From Candidatus Jordarchaeales archaeon (GTDB lineage: Archaea > Asgardarchaeota > Jordiarchaeia > Jordiarchaeales > Freyrarchaeaceae), in NCBI GenBank assembly GCA_038858525.1, contig JAWCFL010000001.1:1-32000 (forward strand): a DNA stretch of 32,000 nt, written 5' to 3'. Shown piece after piece: positions 26,846 through 32,000 of this stretch. Below the pieces are notes generated by a model. It was not told where the DNA came from. It saw only the letters and a list, made by a program, of their open reading frames with translations, and searched no databases. The position numbers and the translations under genes are program-made. How positions within the stretch are numbered: position 1 is the first letter of the stretch; the number at the start of each line of letters is the position of its first letter.

Positions 26846-27109
26846 TTACTTGTTTTTGAGAGTATATATTTCGTTATCTACTAGTATGTAAAAGGTATAT
26901 TCATGAAGAATTATTGGCTTCCTGAACAAGAATGCTAACTTAAGGAAGTTTGAGACTTGTGCTTCACCTTTAAAAACTATTTCTGAGCAAGTTTGCCTAT
27001 TAAGCTTGAACTCATCGGGAGTTATAATTGGCACTTTCTCCTCCTTCGCTTTGATTTTCACTCTTTCTACAAACTCGGTTTTTTCGGCGTCTTCACCAAA
27101 AATCGGCAT
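26846..27109 (-). CDS. Hypothetical protein (87 aa)
   Basis: Globular-protein-like composition, GGAGGAG RBS upstream, convergent with the previous gene. Confidence 0.55.
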   Translation of the reverse strand: MPIFGEDAEKTEFVERVKIKAKEEKVPIITPDEFKLNRQTCSEIVFKGEAQVSNFLKLAFLFRKPIILHEYTFYILVDNEIYTLKNK

Positions 27110-27438
27110 GAACTTCTCCTCCTAACATTATACGGGCAGTTATACTTAATATTAGTTTAGAGCAAATAAAACTTTTTAATGTTTCTTTTTATTGGCACAA
27201 ATGTGCAGTTTACAGCAATAAAGCAATAAGTTATTCTTTAGGGAAATAGTAACATAAGACGTTTGCATAAATAAACAAAGTTTTGTCCGCTTCTTTGAGA
27301 AAAAATGGGGGAGAGCTTGGGGTGATAAGTTGTAACTTTCGATCTTCATTTTATCGTACAGGATAAAAACTTACTGCTTATATTAGATAATGTTTTTAAG
27401 GAGGATTCTTGGTCTGATAACCTAGATTTAAAAAAGTT

Positions 27439-28161
27439 ATGGCGGTGAAACTTGTGTCTCAAAATGACGGGCTTGTTGCAAAGGGAGACTTTATTCTTGT
27501 CGATTTAACTGGACGCGTGAAGGACGGAGAAGTTTTCGAAACTACGTTAAGAGATGTTGCTGAGAAAGAAGGAATATATGATGAAGGTGAAGTTTACGAG
27601 CCGCGGCTTGTCATTGTAGGTGAGGGATGGGTTTTACCTGAGATTGACAGAACGTTAGAGGGTATGAGAGTCGGCGATACGAAGCTTGTTGAGGTAAAGA
27701 ATGCGTTTGGGGAGTGGAAAAGAGAAAATGTTAAGTCCTTTCCTCTTAAGGAGTTCCTGAAGAATAATATAGATCCAAAGCCGGGTATGCGTGTAAGGAT
27801 AGGCGGAAAATTAGCGACGATTAAAAGGGTGGGGGGTGGAAGAGTTAGGGTTGATATGAATCACCCATACGCTGGGAAAACCGTAGTTTATGAGGTCATA
27901 GTGAAAAAAAGGATAACCGACCATGATGAAAAAATAAGGGCATTGATTAGGAGGAGAATGCCGAAGGTTCCCCTAGAAAAGACAAAAATAAATGCTGAGG
28001 ACACGAAAAAAATCACTATTGAGATACCTAAAGAGATATTTTTTGCTGACGGAGTGCAGCTTGTTAAATTCGGATTAGCAAGAGATCTCAAGAAGTACGT
28101 AGGATTCGAAGAAATAGTTTTTATTGAAAGGTATAGCGGGGAACTACTCGGTGAGTCTTAG
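27439..28161 (+). CDS. FKBP-type peptidyl-prolyl cis-trans isomerase (long archaeal SlyD-like type)
   Basis: 'KGDFILVDLTGR..GEVFETT', insert-in-flap region, 'VDMNHPYAGKTVVYEV' and a C-terminal archaeal extension. Confidence 0.92.
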   Translation: MAVKLVSQNDGLVAKGDFILVDLTGRVKDGEVFETTLRDVAEKEGIYDEGEVYEPRLVIVGEGWVLPEIDRTLEGMRVGDTKLVEVKNAFGEWKRENVKSFPLKEFLKNNIDPKPGMRVRIGGKLATIKRVGGGRVRVDMNHPYAGKTVVYEVIVKKRITDHDEKIRALIRRRMPKVPLEKTKINAEDTKKITIEIPKEIFFADGVQLVKFGLARDLKKYVGFEEIVFIERYSGELLGES

Positions 28162-28584
28162 AAAAGCAATCTTTAATTTTCTTCCAACTTGACAATCTAC
28201 TTCGCCATCTATTTCCTCGACAACGCAGCGGTCACCAGGTCTTAACGCGCTTGGCTTGCATAAGTCAGAGTTGATGCAATCCTGAGAGCAATCAATGTGT
28301 TTGTAAAGTAATATGGCACCCTTTACGGCTTGCCTCGGTTCTAGGGCTGCCGGAACAGAGGAGAAGACTACTTCAACTGCTCTAACACCGTTTTCATGAA
28401 GCATGCATGAATGCTCCATTTCACGCACACTTACAACTTCATAAACGCGTCCTGGTTCTAAGTTTTCTATACATACTTTCCTAAGTTGACATGAACTGCA
28501 TGGTCCTGCTGAACCATTATGCACAAATTTGAATCCGACCTTAGCTTGCATTGATCCTACGAGCGTTAAAAAGCGGCGTGGCAA
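28144..28584 (-). CDS. UPF0179 family protein
   Basis: 'TLVG...AKVGFKF...CSSCQLRKVC..NLEPGRVYEVVSVR..HSCMLHENGVRAVEV'. Confidence 0.88.
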   Translation of the reverse strand: MPRRFLTLVGSMQAKVGFKFVHNGSAGPCSSCQLRKVCIENLEPGRVYEVVSVREMEHSCMLHENGVRAVEVVFSSVPAALEPRQAVKGAILLYKHIDCSQDCINSDLCKPSALRPGDRCVVEEIDGEVDCQVGRKLKIAFLRLTE

Positions 28585-28600
28585 TGTGGATCCTCCCGTT

Positions 28601-29698
28601 TTAGTTTATGACACCAGTTATTGTTGCAAGCCTTATAGCAGCTTCTCTATCTATACCTTTTTCTCCGAGAATAGTGTATCTCTCTGGACGGATCTTATGA
28701 GCTATACATAAAGCTTCAATTATGTACTCCGCATCTATTCCTAACTCTTTTGCCGTTGTTGGTGCCCCTATGGTTTTTAGAGCGTCTCTTATTGCTTGCC
28801 AATCGCCTCCGTGAAGGTACATCATCATTATGGCTCCTACGCCGCACTGCTCCCCGTGGAGAGCAGGAGCGGGAGCGATCATGTCTAAGGCATGACTAAA
28901 CATGTGCTCTGCACCGCTAGCTGGCCGACTACTGCCAGCGATTCCCATGCTGACACCGCTACTTATTAAGGCTTCTATAACTGTTCGGAGGCTATTTTCG
29001 GTCCTCTGAGCTATGAGGGGGGCATTCTGAAGGATAATTTCACCGCTAAGTTTTGCAAGCGAGGCAGCGTACTCACCGAAGTATTCATTTCTTAACTTAT
29101 AAGCTAACTCCCAGTCTTTGACTGAAGTTATGTTAGCTATAACGTCACCGCATCCGGCTGCCGTTAACCTATAAGGTGAGCTCCCTATTACATTGGTATC
29201 AGCTATTATAACTAAAGGTGTAGCTGCCTTGAGAGAGTGAGATGAATTCGCATTTTTAATACTCGCCCTAGGGGAAGCTATTCCATCATGAGATGCCGCT
29301 GTTGGAACACTTATGAAGGGAAGCCCTTCAAGGTAAGCAGCAAGCTTAGCTACATCTATGTTTTTTCCTCCTCCGACCCCAATAATTACGCAAGCCTTAA
29401 CTTTCTTTGATTCCGCTCTAACTTTTTCAACTTCACTCATAGTAGACTCTCTCACTAATACAAGATGGCTGGGAATATTTACGTCATGTAAAGAATCGAC
29501 AACCTTTTCGCCTGCAACTTTACTTGTTTTTGTTCCAGAAACAATGACCGCGTGTCCTGTCAATCCAAGCTTAACGCATGTCTCACCAACCATACGTATA
29601 ACATCGCGCCCAACAAGCACTTCTCTTGGAAGTTCCATTTTATGTATTGGTAATCGGACCTGTAAGGTCGTTAATGTTTCATTAGTACCGCGCATCAA
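28601..29698 (-). CDS. egsA: sn-glycerol-1-phosphate dehydrogenase
   Basis: 'GVGGGKNIDVAK', 'SVPTAASHDGIASP', 'SSRPASGAEHMFSHALD' and 'LHGEQCGVG'. The true start may be a few codons downstream. Confidence 0.96.
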   Translation of the reverse strand: MMRGTNETLTTLQVRLPIHKMELPREVLVGRDVIRMVGETCVKLGLTGHAVIVSGTKTSKVAGEKVVDSLHDVNIPSHLVLVRESTMSEVEKVRAESKKVKACVIIGVGGGKNIDVAKLAAYLEGLPFISVPTAASHDGIASPRASIKNANSSHSLKAATPLVIIADTNVIGSSPYRLTAAGCGDVIANITSVKDWELAYKLRNEYFGEYAASLAKLSGEIILQNAPLIAQRTENSLRTVIEALISSGVSMGIAGSSRPASGAEHMFSHALDMIAPAPALHGEQCGVGAIMMMYLHGGDWQAIRDALKTIGAPTTAKELGIDAEYIIEALCIAHKIRPERYTILGEKGIDREAAIRLATITGVIN

Positions 29699-30248
29699 GA
29701 TTCCATCAGCCTCTCTTAATGACTTAAGAATGTTTAGAACAGTCCTTTTTAATATTTATACCTCGAATTTCGCGGTAAAAATCGACTATCGACGAAAAAA
29801 ATGATTTAGTTACTAAATAATCGAATTAAAAATTGAGGGGGATGAAATATTATCTCGAAAATAACGTATCACGGTTAACACTGGGTTTACGTAGTGGGCA
29901 ATATAAGTAAATGATAGTAATGAGGAATTAATAAAATTTTTATTTATAAGGTTTAATTTGTTTTTAACAAAGTTGAAAAGAAGGCTTGAAACAAAAAGAG
30001 ACGCCATTTTTTATAGTTTCAGTTTCCTTTTAATCAGCGAAATGTTTATTACTAGTTGCAGGCAATACGAACTTGAGCTCTAAAATCAATTTCTTCTAAA
30101 ACAAGTTAAATTTATAAAAACAGAGGGCTGAAAATTCTTTCTTTCGAAAGAAAAAGCTTTGCGTCTCTCCTTGTGGCTTAATGCAGTTTCAATGTGAGTT
30201 TAATTGATGAGTTAAGAAAAGTGAAAAAGTCAGGAAGGGTGCGAGAGG

Positions 30249-32000
30249 ATGTTTTACGAAGACATTGATGAACTTAAACAAGCGATTTTCGAGACGATTC
30301 CAAAGTCGGCAGAAGTTACAGCAATAGAGTTGGAAGGACCTGAGATAGCAGTTTACTTGAAAAACCCAAACTTGCTGGTTGACGATGCTGAAGTAGTTAA
30401 GGCTATAGCAAAGAAAGTTAGAAAACGCATAGTAATTAAGTCGGATCCTTCTGTTAGGCTTCCACCTGACGAAGCGGAAAGGATAATTAGGGAAAAAGTC
30501 GATGAAGATGCGGGCGTCGGAGAGATCTCATTCGATAATAATCTGGGAGAAGTTATAATAGAGGCAAAGAAGCCTGGTCTGGTTATAGGAAAAAACGGTG
30601 CAACATTGAGGGAGATAATAAGAGCCACCCGGTGGAGACCTGTAGTTGTAAGAGAGCCACCGATAGAGTCGAAGATGGTTAAGAATATAAGAGGAGTTCT
30701 TCAGGCTGAAAGAGAGCAGAGAAAAGAAATCTTAAAGAACATAGGGTGGAGAATACATCGCCCATCAATCTTCAAAAATGGATGGCTAAGAATAATTACC
30801 TTAGGTGGATTTAGAGAAGTTGGACGGACAGCTATTTTAGTTCAGACACCTGAAAGCTCGGTCTTAATAGACTGCGGAATTAATGTGGGAGGTGGGGAAG
30901 GAGCTTTTCCACATTTAGATGCACCAGAATTTGATATAGAAAAACTAGATGCCGTTATAGTAACTCATGCTCATCTGGATCACAGCGGTTTTGTACCTTT
31001 CTTGTTTAAATATGGTTACGAGGGACCAGTTTACTGTACTACGCCAACGAGAAATCTTATGACTTTGCTTCAACTTGACTACCTTGAAGTAGCAGAAAGA
31101 GAAGGAAAAATAACGCCATATACTCAGAAGGACGTTAAAAAAATGGTGCTTCACACTATAACTTTAGAGTATGGAGAAGTAACTGATATAGCACCCGATG
31201 TGCGTCTAACTCTCCATAATGCTGGCCACATACTTGGATCAGCAATAGTTCATCTTCATATTGGTGATGGGCTACATAATATCGCCTACACTGGTGACTT
31301 CAAGTTTTCTAAGACCCGACTCTTTGAACCAGCATGTAACACGTTTCCCCGGCTTGAAACGATAATAATAGAGAGTACATATGGTGGGCCTGAAGACATT
31401 AAGCCATCTAGGAAAAGTGCTGAAAGAGCATTAGTTTCAGCAATAAATACCACGTTAAGTAGAGGAGGTAAAATTTTAATCCCTGTCCTGGGTGTTGGAA
31501 GAGCACAAGAGTTAATGCTGGTCATCGAGGAGTACATGAGACGAGGAATGATAAGTGAAGTTCCAGTTTACATTGATGGTATGATAAGTGAAGCTACGGC
31601 AATACATACGACACATCCGGAGTATCTTTCACGGGACTTACGAGAAAGAATATTCCATCAGGGAAGCAATCCGTTTCTTGCAGAGTGCTTTGAGACGGTT
31701 AAAAAAGAAGCTAGGCCGGACATAGTTGAGGGAGGCCCCTGCATAATAATGGCAACTTCGGGAATGCTTAGTGGAGGACCAAGCGTCGAGTATTTTAGAG
31801 TTATGGCTCCTGACCCAAAAAATTGCTTGTTATTCGTAACATATCAGGTTGAGGGAACTTTAGGAAGAAGAATACAGAAAGGATGGAGAGAAGTGCCGAT
31901 GAGAATGGCTGATGGAAAAACCGAAATAGTCCCAGTCAAAATGGAAGTAAAGACGATAGAGGGATTTTCCGGTCATAGCGATAGAAGGCAGATCATTAAT
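30249..32000 (+). CDS. fttA: aCPSF1/FttA beta-CASP ribonuclease (KH-KH-MBL-beta-CASP); runs off the window end
   Basis: Absent from the ORF track (no stop in window). Frame from ATG 30249 reads MFYEDIDELK...EGPEIAVY, KH 'GLVIGKNG', 'LGGFREVGR', 'THAHLDH', 'AGHILGS', 'GRAQE', 'FSGHSD'. Confidence 0.96.
   Translation, partial: MFYEDIDELKQAIFETIPKSAEVTAIELEGPEIAVYLKNPNLLVDDAEVVKAIAKKVRKRIVIKSDPSVRLPPDEAERIIREKVDEDAGVGEISFDNNLGEVIIEAKKPGLVIGKNGATLREIIRATRWRPVVVREPPIESKMVKNIRGVLQAEREQRKEILKNIGWRIHRPSIFKNGWLRIITLGGFREVGRTAILVQTPESSVLIDCGINVGGGEGAFPHLDAPEFDIEKLDAVIVTHAHLDHSGFVPFLFKYGYEGPVYCTTPTRNLMTLLQLDYLEVAEREGKITPYTQKDVKKMVLHTITLEYGEVTDIAPDVRLTLHNAGHILGSAIVHLHIGDGLHNIAYTGDFKFSKTRLFEPACNTFPRLETIIIESTYGGPEDIKPSRKSAERALVSAINTTLSRGGKILIPVLGVGRAQELMLVIEEYMRRGMISEVPVYIDGMISEATAIHTTHPEYLSRDLRERIFHQGSNPFLAECFETVKKEARPDIVEGGPCIIMATSGMLSGGPSVEYFRVMAPDPKNCLLFVTYQVEGTLGRRIQKGWREVPMRMADGKTEIVPVKMEVKTIEGFSGHSDRRQIIN

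Noticed and set aside
29699-30248. Replication origin in the long AT-rich spacer
   Set aside because: No ORB-like repeats with G-strings and no orc1/cdc6 or whiP gene nearby. The 64-aa minus ORF 29813..30007 also looks spurious.
1-32000. CRISPR array or cas genes
   Set aside because: No regularly spaced direct repeats seen, and no cas-like ORF other than the dead tnpB.

Overview
Archaeal genomic window, almost certainly from an Asgard archaeon. It carries an Odin-type profilin, a longin-winged-helix fusion, a membrane-anchored RING protein, a Vps62-like protein and an orphan 7TM protein, mixed with archaeal housekeeping genes (ATP-dependent DNA ligase, AMP phosphorylase, egsA, psmB, FKBP PPIase, UPF0179, aCPSF1/FttA, the DUF39-CBS + NIL-ferredoxin homocysteine pair). 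GC-rich tRNA stems suggest a thermophile, but the lineage cannot be resolved from this window. The only mobile element is a decayed IS200/IS605 tnpB remnant; no CRISPR array is present. Best signals: (1) a tRNA-Ala(GGC) split by three non-canonical introns (33/34, 53/54, 58/59), two with overlapping splice motifs implying ordered splicing, next to a tRNA-Val(GAC) with a 30/31 intron; (2) a 1307-aa TrmB-like protein whose two domains are separated by about 1,090 residues of 11/22-residue-periodic helix, in a putative operon with an unknown Cys-motif protein; (3) a cluster of profilin, coiled-coil proteins, longin-wHTH and 7TM genes; (4) Vps62-like and transmembrane RING candidates for eukaryotic signature proteins. 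All family calls come from motif recognition by eye, not database searches.
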